A DNA stretch of 64,000 nt, taken from Eledone cirrhosa. Lineage: Eukaryota. Where the stretch lies: assembly GCA_964016885.1 (NCBI GenBank), contig OZ024759.1, forward strand, positions 19,530,001 to 19,594,000. Direction: 5' to 3'. This document shows, piece by piece, positions 13,837 through 28,246 of the stretch (its first letter is position 1; each line of letters opens with the position of its first letter). The notes beneath the pieces were generated by a model. That model was given only the letters and a program-made list of their open reading frames with translations, was not told where the DNA came from and made no database searches. The position numbers and the translations under genes are program-made.

Positions 13837-14689
13837 GGTCATGAGTTCGATTTCTGGCTGCTGGTTGTGTCCTTTAGCCAGATACTCTGTTTTACATTGC
13901 TCCAGGCCACTCCCTGTGTCATGCTGCATCTCCCTGAGAACTCCATTAAGGGTGCACATGCTTGTGGAATGCTCAGCCAGTTGCATGTTAATTTTATGAG
14001 CAGGTTCTTCCATTGATGATATTAATGGAACACTAGCCATTGAAACCAATGGAGATCCAACACACACATATTGAATGCTTTGTTGTTGCTGTTGTTATTT
14101 TTAACCCTAGGTGAGTCCTGGTCCAGAAGACCTGTGATCAAAGACAATTTATTCATGTTTATTCCATCTCATCATTTCGACACATTATAGCGCAACAGAA
14201 TAACTTTATCTAATCCCCCGAGCTATAAGCCCCTCCCTACCCCTCACCTTTTCTTTAACAATAGGATGGTGTTAAATTGAGGGATATTTCCAGCTGCTAT
14301 TGCTATCAAGTGAAGCTACTACATAGAGGCTTTCCCATTATGTCTATTAGCTGTGTACCTAATATGAGTACTGGGTTCAAGATGTGAACCCTGATCCTCT
14401 TTTATTCTATGGTTGGTGGAGGGTCACCAGATGATCCATGCTCATCCCTGCAACCCACTACATTATAGAGTTGATGGTGTTTTTGTTGAATTTCAGTTTG
14501 TTTGTTTTTATGCTAGGATTATCAGTGTTTGTGCCAACTCTTAACTATGATCATGAATCTTGAGCCAACTCTTAACTATGATCATGAATCTTGAGCCAAT
14601 GACCGAAAGAATACAATTGTTGAGACACCAGCCATGATTTTCCACCATCAGTATCAAGCCTGATCGATGTCAGAGAGCCCGAAAAAGTT

Positions 14690-15520
14690 AAGTGTGCTCT
14701 CATGTTTCTTCAGTCCTTTATATTTCTGAGGGTGTCATGAGGCATCGACATCTCACATGCCTTCCTGAAGGTCCTATCAGGAGCAACCATCTCCAATTGA
14801 TCTGGCTGGATCCCCAAGCGAAACCAGCCAAGCTCATAGATGTTATTCAACCATCTTATTCAGTAACTACCTGTGGCTCTCCTACTTGTTGGTTTTGCCC
14901 TGTGAAATCTGTGAAACAGTTCTTTCCTGAGACATTCCGACCACATGTCCATAGTATCAGAGCTGTGATCTCTCAATTTGGAGAAGTAGTTGTTCAACCT
15001 GTAGCATCTCCCTGATCTCTGAGCTAAGTACTCTATTGAGTAATGTTACTCCAAAGACTCTTCAGAGGAATCCCATTTTGGTCACTTGTATTCCCGGTCA
15101 TATTTTTTTTGTCATTACCCAAGATTCATGACCATAGATAAGGGTTGGCATGAAAACCAAATTGAAGATAGAAAGTTTGGCTTTTACGCCTAGCTCCCTT
15201 CTTCTGATTACTGATTACTGAAGCTCATGCAACACTGCACCAGCTTTTGCAATTCTTGCTCTTAATTCAACTTCCTGCCTTCCATCACTCGTTAACATGG
15301 CCCCGAGATACTTGAACTTGATATACTATCTTCTGAAATTGGATCAGTGGTTTGGCTGACCTTAGAAAACCATGTAGGGTTGGGTATTGGCTGGTAAATT
15401 TGGCTTTTATATCGAGCTCCCTTCTTCTGGTGACCAAATGTTGAAGCTGGTGCATTACTCTACCAGTGCCTGCAATTATCGTACATAATTCAGCTTCCTG
15501 CCTTCCATCACTTGTGAAGC
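14690..15520 (-). mobile_element. Degraded RTE LINE fragment, same family as the 123-bp array
   Basis: CCACATGTCCATAGTATCAGAGCTGTGATCTCTCAAT is the reverse complement of part of the array unit. Confidence 0.75.
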
Positions 15521-15686
15521 CCCCCTTCCCCCCCCCCCCCCACCCCCACCCCAGGGAAGGTTTACAGTATTTATAATTTTCTTTAGAAATATGGTAATGA
15601 AAGGGGAAATTCTAACAACTTTGCTACTTATAAATTATTTAAAGAAACTGGTTAGCTACAGTGGACACTGGAGAGAAAGAGAGAGG

Positions 15687-16075
15687 GTGTGTGTGCAAGT
15701 GTGTGTGTGTGCATGTGTGTATGTCTGTGCGAGTGTGTGTGCATACGTGTGTGTGTGTGTGCGAGTGTGTGTATGTGTGCGTGTGTGTTTGTGCATGCAT
15801 GTGAGTGTGTGTGCATGTATGCATGTGTGTGTGCAAGTGTGTGTGTATGTCTGTGTAAGTGTGTGTGTGCATGTGTGCATGCGTGTGTGCGTGTCTGTGC
15901 ATGCATGTGAGCATGTGTGTGCATGTATGCATGTCTGTGTGTCTGTGTGTGTTTGTGCATATGTCTGTATGGGCGTGTGTGTGTGTGGGCATGCGTGCGT
16001 GTACATTTGTGCCTGTGTGTATGCATGTGTGCATGTGTGTGCATGCATGCAGGCATGTGAGTATGCTTGTGCATG
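15687..16075. repeat. (TG)/TGCA compound microsatellite
   Basis: Direct inspection. Confidence 0.9.
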
Positions 16076-16257
16076 GTATGTCCAGACTGTCCCAGTCCAT
16101 ACCATTTCATTCGTCACTGTATGTTGTAGTGTCAGTTTTCAGTTTAATGAGGGACAGGCAGGGAGTGGGGGTTGATGGGGGACAGGCACGGAGTGTGTAT
16201 GTGTGTGTGTGTGTGGGGGGGGGGGGTTTACTGAAAACACAGATATATAAATCACGT

Positions 16258-16646
16258 TTAACCCTTTAGCATTTACATTACTCTATATACTTCATCATAC
16301 ATAATAATCTCACAGAATATTGAATCTATGAGATTTTGATATTATTTAGATTGGCAGTATCGGTAAAGGATCGGTCGCCATGCTTTGACGCATAGAGTTA
16401 CGGCCCTTGCCATTCTGAGTTCAAATTCCGCCGAGGTTAACTTTGCCTTATCCTTACGGGGGTCGATAAAATAAAGTACCAGTAATACACTGGGTAATTA
16501 CTGGCCTTGTGCCAAAAGTAGAAACAATTATTTATTTTGGGAATAATACCTTAACATAAGTATGAGCAGCCAGTTACAGCCAGTTTGAACAGAAAGAGGT
16601 GAGAGAATTCTGGCTGGATATGGCCGGTTTAAATGCTTAAGGGTAA
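16258..16646. mobile_element. piggyBac-like MITE with a nested family B SINE (about 16347-16530)
   Basis: TTAACCCTTTAGCATT ... AATGCTTAAGGGTAA. Confidence 0.7.
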
Positions 16647-16967
16647 GAGGTTTAGTTGACAACCTCTCTGCTGCCAAAGGACCATTAGTACAGAACTGAC
16701 AACGGGTTAAACACAATAAGTTGAAGGAGCTTCTTCATGGCCAATAGATATGCTAGAAATGGTTGCATGATTTTCCTCAAGTTAGCCCCTACCATCTTAT
16801 AAAAACATGTGAAGTCATAGGCCTGTTTATTTAAGGTACGGGTGATGTAGGCATTATACATATAACAGCAACAACAACAACAATTGCTTAATGCAGTCAA
16901 TAACCTGGAGAGTGAGGCATGAATTCCACTACGCACACAACATAGCCTTCACTTTGAGATGCAAAGC

Positions 16968-17010
<43 letters not shown>

Positions 17011-17244
17011 TGCAAACTCTAAGAGTACTGCAATAGCTTGTCAGATTATAGAGTTTGGTGCACTTTTAGGCTATGGCCAGCCACACAAACCTGTAACATA
17101 CCCTGAACAAGCAATGAAGGTTTTTTTAAGTGGGGGAAAGGTCTTGCACTCGACTAATCCCACACTCTGATATATATATAATATATATATAATATATATA
17201 TAATTATATAATTATATATATATATATATATATATATGGAGGCA

Positions 17245-17559
17245 CATCATCATCATTTCATTTTACGTACACTTTCTCCCTGCTTGCAAGGGTGAGACGG
17301 GAACTGAATCTGGCTTGATTTCTACAGCTGGATGCCCTTCCTAACACCAACCTCATTTACAGTGAGTGCTGGGTGCTTTTTTGCCGTGGCACCTCCATGA
17401 CCACTTTGCAGTGGAATGATAGGACCCCTGTCCCTATCATCTCATTTCTACAGCTCAGTAAACTGGAGCAATGTGAAATAAAGTGTCTTGCTCAAGGAAA
17501 CAACACATCACCCGGTCTGAGAATTGAACTCACAACCTTTTGATTGCAAGGCCAATGCT

Positions 17560-17565
<6 letters not shown>
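17245..17565 (-). mobile_element. SINE family A (tRNA head, RTE-type tail)
   Basis: Near-identical to the copies at 19971, 27265, 29217, 33585, 48469 and 55824. Confidence 0.85.
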
Positions 17566-17614
<49 letters not shown>

Positions 17615-17828
17615 AAATCATTAGGAAAGGGCTTTCCTGATGATTTCCTTCGAATGAAACATTTCTAGTCTTGTAGAAGCCATTTCTATCTTAAATCTTG
17701 TATATACTCTATGTATTGGGTACCTTACTTACTGTGGTTATTCTCGATTGAACCCGGTACTCACATATCTGTGTGTGTGTATATATATACACAAACACAC
17801 ACATTCACATATATATATATATACACAA

Positions 17829-17879
<51 letters not shown>

Positions 17880-18349
17880 AACATATATATATATACATAC
17901 ATACATATATATATATATATAGGTAAAAGGTAAACAGAAATATATATATATATTTATACACAAACATACATACATGTATTCAATGCTGAGCCAGCAACCG
18001 AATGACCTTGCAACACAGTGACCCCGTGACACTGTAACATTTTGACACCTATGACCTTGTGACATATATAAACTTCCATATATATATATATATATATGGA
18101 AGAACATATCTGAGAAACAGCTTGTGTACACAATCACCCATCAATATTCATTATATATATAGGAAATATTTTATATACGCACATTCTATCAATTGATTGA
18201 TTGTTTATTGTTATCGTTAAGTCCAGATCAAGCAGAATCATGATCAAAATCACTCCATCCATGACCATCCTGAATGAGTACATTGTTCTATATGTCCTCA
18301 TATTTGTTTTCATTTTTGTTTTCCATTTTTTTTTTTAATTTTAAAAACA

Positions 18350-19020
18350 GTAATGATTTGAAGGAGACTTGGTGGTGCTATTTCTAGCAGACTAGATGTT
18401 CACATAGAAGACCAGAGGCTCGAATGCTCTCTCATTGTGTCAACATCAAATTGATCCTGTAATTTGTATGATTTGAGCGAGATTTGGTAGTGGTGCTACT
18501 TCTAGCAGACCTATTGCCCACATAGATGTTAAGCGGGTCTCTCATTGTATCAACATCAAATTGATCCTCTAATTTGTATTATTTGAGGGAGATTTGGAAG
18601 TGCTGCTACTTTTAGCAAACTTATTGCCCACATAGAAGTACAGAGGGTCTCTCGTGTCAACATCAAAATGTACCTCTGATTTGTATGGTTCGAGGAAAAT
18701 TTGGTAGTGGTGCTACTTTTAGCAAACTTATTGCCCACATAGAAGTACAGAGGGTCTCTCGTGTCAACATCAAAATGTACCTCTGATTTGTATGGTTCGA
18801 GGAAAATTTGGTAGTGGTGCTACTTTTAGCAAACTTATTGCCCACATAGAAGTACAGAGGGTCTCTTATTGTGTCAACATCATATTGAATCTATAATATT
18901 GTGTTTTGAAAGACAAAGTATTATTTGAAGGAGATTTGGTGGTGCTATTTTTAGCAGACTAATTGCCCACATTGAAGGTAAGAGGTATTCTCGTTGTGTC
19001 AACATCATACTAATTCTATA
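18350..19020. repeat. About 107-bp minisatellite, about 6 copies, central copies identical
   Basis: Unit GAGGGTCTCTCGTGTCAACATCAAAATGTACC...CCCACATAGAAGTACA. The duplicated ORFs at 18556 and 18663 are 107 bp apart. Confidence 0.9.
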
Positions 19021-19307
19021 ATATTGTGTCGTAAATGATACACTGTAAAAATTACCTTGCCTGATGATCCACAAGAAAATACAAGAAATATTAAAAAATA
19101 TATATATGCATACACATACACACATTCACACATAAGAATATATACAAACACACATACATACACACCCACATACAAACACACACATATATACGTACATATA
19201 TATAAATCATCATTTTACGTCCGCTTTTCCCTGCTTGCAAAGGAATAGTATATAGTATATAGTAATAATAAATGTGAAGACTAAAATCCGAAGAGGGCTC
19301 GATAGGG

Positions 19308-19342
<35 letters not shown>

Positions 19343-19970
19343 GATATTAACAAATATATATTTACATATATATATATATACGATATTAACAAATATATAT
19401 TTACATATATATATATATATAAAACCGTAGCGCAAATATTTATTATAAGAACAGATTAAAGTTTAAGCAAAGTCATTTTACAGTCATTTAATCTGTTCTT
19501 ATAATTATATAAATAAATACATATATATATATATACACATGTACACATATATAAATACATACATATATGTACTTATTTACGTACATAAATATCCAGACAC
19601 ACACACACACGCATATATGCAAACACATGTACATGCATATATACACACAGTCATATACAAACCCATGCACACTCAAAGACACATACATAGACACCAAATA
19701 CATACACACATATATAAACAAACACATATATGCACACATACATACATGCATATCCATAGACACATATATACATTCACATGCACACACATACATATATATA
19801 CACACTAAACTATGCTTACATACATTTCCTTCCTTGTTAAAAAAAAACAGATAATATTAAACAAACGTTCCTATTACCCACTCTACTACCCTAAGTATTG
19901 AGTACTTTGGTGCGTTATCGTCCATCTGGTTCCTTGCCACATTTCCTTCGTTATATATATATATATATAT

Positions 19971-20352
19971 GGAGGCACATGGCTTAGTGGTTAGAGCATT
20001 GGCCTTGCAATCGAAAGGTTGTGAGTTTAATTCTCAGACCGGGTGATGTGTTGTTTCCTTGAGCAAGACACTTTATTTCACATTGCTCCAGTTTACTCAG
20101 CTGTAGAAATGAGATGATAGGGATTGAGGTCCCTATCATTCCACTGCAAAGTGGTCGTGGAGGTGCCACGGCAAAAAACACCCAGCCCACACTGTAAATT
20201 GGTCATGTAGGTGCCACGGAAAAAAGCACCCAGCACTCACTGTAAATGAGGTTGGTGTTAGGAAGGGCATCCAGCTGTAGAAATCGAGCCAGAATCAGTT
20301 CCCGTCCCACCCTTGCAAGCAGGGAAAAGCGGACATAAAATGATGATGATGA

Positions 20353-20355
<3 letters not shown>
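19971..20355 (+). mobile_element. Full-length SINE family A
   Basis: tRNA-like head GGAGGCACATGGCTTAGTGGTTAGAGC...GAGTTTAATTCTC (A/B boxes), central CCTTGAGCAAGACACTT, and 3' CCCACCCTTGCAAGCAGGGAAAAGCGGAC..(ATG)n shared with RTE 3' ends. Confidence 0.88.
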
Positions 20356-20411
<56 letters not shown>

Positions 20412-20622
20412 GTGTATATATGCACATATATATATATATATACTTGAAGATAAGGCGAGAAATATGTGACCCTATTCGAGTATATATATATATATATATA
20501 TATATATAATCCATATATATATATATCATCATCGTTTAACGTCCATCTTCCATGATGATGATGATGAAGATATATATATATATATATACCTAAATATACA
20601 CACATATACATATATATACACA

Positions 20623-20719
20623 CAGGGTGTCCAAAAAATGTATATACTTTGATCAACTGTACAGGCAATATTTATTAGAATGCTGTTGACGTGTGTATAC
20701 ATTTTTTGGCAACACGCTG
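20623..20719. mobile_element. Tc1/mariner-type mini-MITE
   Basis: TIRs CAGGGTGTCCAAAAAATGTATA / TATACATTTTTTGGCAACACGCTG. A sister copy lies at 40035-40111. Confidence 0.65.
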
Positions 20720-20729
20720 TGTCTGTGTG

Positions 20730-20790
<61 letters not shown>

Positions 20791-20999
20791 AATATGTTGA
20801 AAAGGTAACACACCAGTGCGTTATCAATAGTGTTGTCTGAAATGTATAGCCTTACACACGCTGATGAACTGAGACTAACCCATTACTTTCAACAAATTAT
20901 TGATGAAACATATCTTTGGATTTGTACGTGTGTTATAATAATAATGAAATTATTGTGTAAAGTTATCAGGTGCACTACAACTCGTCAAAGGTGCATGTG

Positions 21000-21722
21000 T
21001 AGTACATAGAATAATACACAAATGTCAGGGAAGTGAATAGTGTATGAGTCATAGTATACATGTGTGTGTGTGTATGGAGGGGGAACATTAGGTGTAGTGT
21101 TGGCGGATCTCGGGAACCATGGAGGCCTTAAAGGATGCAGTGTCTCAACAGCTAACAACTGATGCAGATAGTTTGTTCCATGCTTCAGCAACTCTGAGCG
21201 TGAAAAAATGTTTCCGAAAGTCATGTGAACTGTGCTGTTTTCTTACTTTGTGGGCATGTCCACGTGTGTTAGACACATGGAAATCAAAAAGGTACTCAAG
21301 GTTGTTGTTGGCAACATGGTTAACAATTTTGTGGGTGTTTACCAAGTCAGTTGCCAGGCGTCGGAGCTCCAGGGAAGCAAGGCGCTCAGAGTATGGTAGA
21401 TGCCTGATGGAGGGTATTCGCTTGGTTGCACATCTCTGAACAGTTTCCAGGCGGTCAATGTCCTGAGCAAGATAGGGGTTCCAGACTGGTGATGCAAATT
21501 CTAAGTGTGGTCGCACCATAGCTGTATACAGCCTTAAATAGATATCTGGAGAGCGGCTGACAAAGGTCTTGCTGAGTGATGCTAAGACACCCTCGGCCCT
21601 CTTGACAATTTTAGAGACGTGCCTCGTCCAACGCAAATCGCTGCTGACCGTAATGCCCAGGTCACGTTCACAGGAAGACTTCTTGATATTAGTGCTGTGG
21701 AGGGAGTATGTGGACACTGGGT
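21000..21722 (-). mobile_element. CR1-type LINE 3' fragment
   Basis: ORF 21145-21717: ERDLGITVSSDL, LYTAMVRPHLEFASPVWNPY, LETVQRCATK, YSERL, FFTLRVAEAWNKL. Confidence 0.92.
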
Positions 21723-21976
21723 TATATAGTTATAGAGGTATTTATTTACGCTTTAATTTATATTTTTAATTATCGTGTCTATAGTCTGCCTTTCATAGGT
21801 CATAGATTCCATACACTGGTGGTTTTTTCCCTGTATTATTGATAACGCACTGTATATCTCTCTCTAGTGTGTTACCTTTTCAACATATTGTATTTTAAAA
21901 AGTTCAGGATCTCTTCTCCTTTGAGCACATTATTTACAGGGAATAGCGAGGGCCTATGGCTCTGTTAATTTATCGT

Positions 21977-22007
<31 letters not shown>

Positions 22008-22261
22008 GTACATATATACATATTGAAGACAAAATGCGGTTTGGCATTGAGGTTATTATTGATTATACCCAATTAGGACTGTTTCACAAATGGCCGGCTC
22101 AGAATCCATGTAAATGTTATAACAGTCGTAACTAGGTCTAATCAATAAAGAGACCCTAATGAGAAGCCTTATTTTGTTTTTATTATATACACTCTGCCAT
22201 AGTATTGATTGCGGTTTTGGTGCCATCCTCAGTAAATCAAGAATCTACTAAACCACTAATA

Positions 22262-22423
22262 TATCTCTCTTGTTCTTTCTTGCTCTATCTTTCTATCTCT
22301 CTTTCTATCTTTTTCTCTGTTTCTCTCTCTCTCTCTGTCTCTATCTCTCTCTCTGTCTCTCTGTCTCTCTCTACTTCTCTCTCTCTCTGTCTCTCTCTCT
22401 CTCTGTCTCTCTCTCTCACTCTG

Positions 22424-22457
<34 letters not shown>

Positions 22458-22666
22458 ACTCTGTCTCTATCTCTCTGTCTCTAGCTCTCTCTCTCACTCT
22501 GTCTCTATCTCTCTGTCTTTAGCTCTCTCTGTCTCTAGCTCTCTCTCTCTCTAGCTCTCTCTGTCTCTCTCTCGCTCTCTTTCTCTCGCTCGCTCTCTCT
22601 CTCACTGTGTGTCTCTCTCTCTCTTTCTTTTACTCTCTCTCTTTCTTTCAGTCTCTCTCTCTCCAT

Positions 22667-22714
<48 letters not shown>

Positions 22715-22824
22715 GCAAAAGCACAATCAACTCTAAGCGGCCATCTTTATTTTTCATATGACGGGCTGAATGATTTGGGATCCAGAACCCAACGAAAAGT
22801 ACCTGTTTATGTCACAGTTGTAAC

Positions 22825-22890
<66 letters not shown>
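22262..22890. repeat. (CT)n, (TA)n and (CA)n microsatellites
   Basis: Direct inspection. Confidence 0.9.
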
Positions 22891-22892
<2 letters not shown>

Positions 22893-23534
22893 TATATAAT
22901 AATTACTGAAATATTTCCAAAAAATAACCATCCTGCTCATGAATCATGGGAAATGGATGTAAAACTGAAAAAAAAAAAGATTAAAAAAGTAATAATACTA
23001 AATAAATATATTAAAATTCTTAATAATAATCTCTTGTTCATCATTAACCAACAGTATAATTGCAATAAGAAAAAATATTATGTTTCCTTAAGTATATATG
23101 TTCTCTTTTTGTCTTTAGAGTTTATTTTTGACTAGTCACCCTCCCGGTGGCAAGGTTGTAAAGAAAAGAAAATCATTGTCATCTCTTGTGTAAGCATTCA
23201 TCCTTTTGAATCATAAGAATGTATGTATGTGTGTATGTATGTTCTCTTTTTCTCTTAATTTAGAGTTTATGTTTGACTGGTCACCTTCCCGGTGGCAAGG
23301 TAGGAAAGAAAATATTTTTGACTGGTCACCTTCTTTGAATTGTAAGAATATATGTATGTATATATATATTTTGTGAAATTACCTGCCTTTGTTTGAACTC
23401 TCGAACAATCTTCAGAAATGAAACCAAAATCAACTACCAGAGGCCATCTTTATTATTTGTTTATAACAGGCTGAATGAGTTGATGTGAAGGCCCAGATTA
23501 AACTTAAGTACCTGTTTATGTCAATGTTGTAACT

Positions 23535-23836
23535 ATCATCATCATCATCATCATACATCCGCTTTTCCCTGCTTGCAAGGGTGGGACGGGTCTTATTCAG
23601 CACAGCATCTCTCCACTCGTCACGGTCCCTCGTCATCTCCACCATGAGCTTCAATGATCTGAGGTCTGTTCTCACCACCTCCGCCCATGTTTTTCGTGGT
23701 CTACCTCTACCACGTCTTCCTTCAACTGGCATTTCCTGGCACTTCTTCACCCATCGGTCATCCTCCATGCGCATCACATGTCCATACCACCTCAGTCTCC
23801 TCTCCCGTACACTACATTCTATCCCTCTCAGACACA
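23535..23836 (-). mobile_element. RTE LINE 3' end with (GAT)n tail
   Basis: RERRLRWYGHVMRMED..GRRGRGRPRKTWAEVV..DRDEWR. Nearly identical to 46647-46945. Confidence 0.92.
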
Positions 23837-24032
23837 TATATATATATTTAATATAGAAATGACTTCTACAAGACTAGAACTATTTCATTAGAAGGAAATC
23901 ATCAGGAAAGCCCCATATATATATCTATGTATATTTGTATGTATGTATTCAAAATAGGGGCTGCGTAGGAACAAATATAATGGAAAAAACAATGGAAAGA
24001 TAGACAGTCTCATCTATATATCTATATATATC

Positions 24033-24075
<43 letters not shown>

Positions 24076-24149
24076 CCACCAGGAAGGTGGCCAGTCAAAA
24101 GTAGACACTTAATTAAGAGAAAAAGAGAACATACATACGTATATGTATG

Positions 24150-24189
<40 letters not shown>

Positions 24190-24433
24190 TACTTATACGT
24201 ATGTATGTTCTCTTTTTCTCTTAATTTAGTGTCTACTTTTGACTGGCCACCATCCTGGTGGCAATGTTGTAAAGAAATGGAAATTTTAATCCTCTCTTTG
24301 TGTAAGCATTCTTCCTTTGAATCATAAGAAATATATATATATATATATATATATATAACGAAGGAAATGTGGTAAGGAACCAGATGGACCATAACGCACC
24401 AAAGTACTCAATACTTAGAGTAGTAGAGTGGGT

Positions 24434-24461
<28 letters not shown>

Positions 24462-24464
<3 letters not shown>

Positions 24465-24984
24465 GGTTGAGGAAAAAGTTTGTGCGCCATTTTAAAATAA
24501 TGATTTTTTATGCAAGAATTTATTCAAAACCAACTATTCTTCAAAATAAAGACCATCATTGTCCACGACCTTCTGCCAACGACCTGCAAGGTTTCGGATT
24601 TGGTCAAGGTACCAATCCTTCGGCTTTGAATTGAAAAATTCTTAACAGGATTCTACAACTTCATTGAATGACTCAAATCGGCGACCTTTCATGAAGTGCT
24701 GCATTGATCGGAAGAGACTCTAGTCAGATGGAGCATCATCTGGACTATAGGCTGGATGCAGCAGAACTTCCACACTGTCCAATTCTTCAATCTTGTTGTT
24801 GGTCTTTCTGGCGGTATGCGGCTTTGCCTTGTCTTGTTGAAACAAAGCGCGTTTTCGACGAACAAGACTTGGGTACTTTTCAACCAGCGCATCGTAGACT
24901 CGATCAAGTTGCTCGCAGCAAAGTTCAGCGTTGATGGCGTGACCATTATTTTAACACGGCACACAAACCTTTTCCTCAACCTAA
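24462..24984 (-). mobile_element. Internally deleted mariner transposon (about 520 bp) with TIRs and TA target sites
   Basis: TA-GTAGGTTGAGGAAAAAGTTTGTGCGCC ... GGCACACAAACCTTTTCCTCAACCTAA-TA. The minus strand encodes LFQQDKAKPHTA...LLHPAYSPDDAPSD*SLFRSMQH, matching the mariner HDNA and YSPDLAPSD regions. Confidence 0.9.
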
Positions 24985-25170
24985 TATTATTATATGATTG
25001 TTAAACTATCTCTCTTTCCATCTAATCATATGGCTCACTAGTCTAACAACCTATATGTATTGAGCACTCTAACCTTCTCTATATTGGCTAGTAATCGGCA
25101 TAACTAATCACCTTTCTTTCCCCTTGATTAGCTTATTTGTTTTTTATCTTGTTTATATATATATATATAT

Positions 25171-25635
<465 letters not shown>

Positions 25636-26569
25636 TATTGACCAACCAATCACCAATCAAATTACTTGTCAAAAAACCTGGCATTTCGAGCCACTTTTTC
25701 CATATAAAACAAGTAACATTCAGAGACCAACCAGATGTGAGAGAAACCACAGACCCTCCATCTCAACTCTACTTTTGAAAAGCAGAATAACTGCGAAATC
25801 AGTAAAGGAACCAAATAAATATATATATATTTTTTTTAAATAAGACTCCAGTTGCATTTTCGATTTCATCTTTTTTTCTTTATACTTTCACTCGTGTAGG
25901 ACACCTTGGTTATTTTTCATTTTGTAAAAAAAATCTCACTTTCTAATATATATATATAGTGTTAGAAGGTAAGGCAACACAAACAAGAGATGGGCAGTTT
26001 CCCTTCATCAGTTGTCTACTACGGGTCATGGATGTTTCAGCACATTATAGACAAACATACCAATAAGAGGGGGAAACACAGGACAATGGCGCATGTAAGT
26101 AACCGAGAAGAAATCCATGACCCGTAGTAGACAACTGACGAAGGGAAACTGTCCATCTCTTGTTTGTGTCTGAATTACTCATGCGTGTTTTTTTCTCCCC
26201 AGTTTTTTTCTCATTTTCCCCATTCTTTTCTCATCTCTCTTTACTTTCTATTTATCTTCTATTTCTAACTATCTTCTGATGAAGGACTAGTGTACAAAAC
26301 ATTAAGATTCTCTTCCTGCTATTTCAAGCATTAAACTAATATATTTCTTCCATGTAATCTGTGACGTTTGTTTGGTTAAGAGATGGCAACATTAATGGAC
26401 CTGTTATTTTTCTCTAAAAACATTTTTTCCAATTCCACCCCGCCCATCCCTTCAGACTTTCTAATTCTCTGTCCTTCATCGTCACTGCCATGTCCTGCGT
26501 CTCCAAGAGACCAGTGTCTGTCCTTAAGACATCAATATATATCCACCTCATTCTCTTCTAGTCTGCCCT

Positions 26570-27112
26570 AGTATTACTGCATAGCACCAAAGATCTCGAT
26601 CCAGTGACATTGTCTTAGAGAGGTGTAAGTATGCAAGGTCAGCTTTTATCACCTCGACCCAGGTCTTCCGACTCCATAGCTTCCATCAATTTTGATCGCT
26701 CTGCACTTTTCTATACAGCTGTCGTCTTTCATATTTACCACATGACCATACCAACGCAATTTCCTCCATAGTAAAATGCCTCTGAACCCTCTTATGCCTA
26801 ATTTCTCCCTTAGTTCATTTACGCTTTGCTGTTTCATAGTTACGTCCCTTTACGGTCTGAGTTCAAATCCCGCCGAGGTTGACTTTGCCTTTCATCCTTA
26901 CGGGGTCGATAAAATAAAGTACCAGTAATGCACTGGATAATTGCTGGCCTTGTGCCTAAAGAAGAAACAATTAGTATTACATATACATCGAAGCATGCAT
27001 GCTGCGTTTCTTTCCAATCTGCGTAGATCCTCTGTACACAATGCCCAGGTCTCACTACCATGTAACATTGATGTTCGTATACAAGCATCATACAATCTGC
27101 CTTTCATTTTTA
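26570..27112 (-). mobile_element. RTE LINE fragment interrupted by a family B SINE (about 26836-26972)
   Basis: KGRLYDACIRTSMLHGSETWALC...LRWYGHVVNMKD, with SINE B sequence in the middle. Confidence 0.8.
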
Positions 27113-27264
27113 TAATATACATGTACTATATATATATACATTATATAATATAATATATATGTACAATAAATATATATACACAGACACATTATATATCATC
27201 ATTGTCATCATCACCATTTAACATCCATTTTTCCATGCTAGCCTGGGTGCCTGAGTTATATAAT

Positions 27265-27608
27265 CATCTCATCTCATCATCTCATTTTACGTCCACTTTT
27301 CCCTGCTTGCAAGGGTGGGACGGGAACTGATTCTGGCTTGATTTCTACAGCTGGATGCCCTTCCTAACACCAACCTCATTTACAGTGAGTGCTGGGTACT
27401 TTTTTGCCGTGGCACCTCCACGACCACTTTGCAGTGGAATGATATGGACCCCAGTCCCTATCATCTCATTTCTACAGTTGAGTAAACTGGAGCAATGTGA
27501 AATAAAGTGCCTTGCTCAAGGAAACAACACATCACCCGGTCTGAGAATTGAACTCACAACTTTTTGATTGCAAGGCCAATGCTCTAACCACTAAGCCATG
27601 CGCCTCCA
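27265..27608 (-). mobile_element. SINE family A
   Basis: Full-length match to the other family A copies. Confidence 0.85.
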
Positions 27609-27733
27609 TTGTATATATATAATATATGCATGTGCCTCCATAATATATATATAATATATGCATTATATAATATATATGTATTATATATATGTATTATATA
27701 TATATATATACATTATATATATATTATATAATT

Positions 27734-27777
<44 letters not shown>

Positions 27778-27794
27778 AATTATATAATATATAG

Positions 27795-28035
27795 TGAAGG
27801 CGCATGGCTTAGTGGTTAAAGCATTGGGCTTGCAATCGAAAGGTTGTGAGTTCAATACTCGGACCAGGTGATGTGTTGTTTCCTTGAGCAAGACACTTTA
27901 TTTCACGTTGCTCCAGTTTACTCAGCTGTAGAAATGAGTCCCGGCCTGCCCACCCAGCCAGTGGGGTGGCGTTATCTTACGGCTAAAACAGCACGCCAGC
28001 CAACTGGCGCCCGACAGACTGGTCGGTCAAGGTGA
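27795..28035 (+). mobile_element. SINE with a family A head but a different 3' part
   Basis: GAAGGCGCATGGCTTAGTGG...CAGCTGTAGAAATGAG, then an unrelated TCCCGGCCTGCCC... segment. Confidence 0.7.
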
Positions 28036-28246
28036 TATATATATATATATATATATGTATATATTATATATATATGTATATATATATGTATATATATATA
28101 TGTATATATTATATAATACATATATATGTATATATAAATATTATATAATACATATATATATAAATATTATATAATACATATATATATATATATATATTAT
28201 ATAATACATATATATGTATATATATATTATATAATACATATATATA

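Noticed and set aside
19971-20045. tRNA gene calls for the GGAGGCACATGGCTTAGTGG... heads
   Set aside because: Stems are imperfect and each head continues into a SINE body and tail in many copies.
22075-22235. Possible minus-strand hammerhead (CTGAGGA ... GAAACAGTC)
   Set aside because: The core halves are about 140 nt apart with no convincing helix II by eye.
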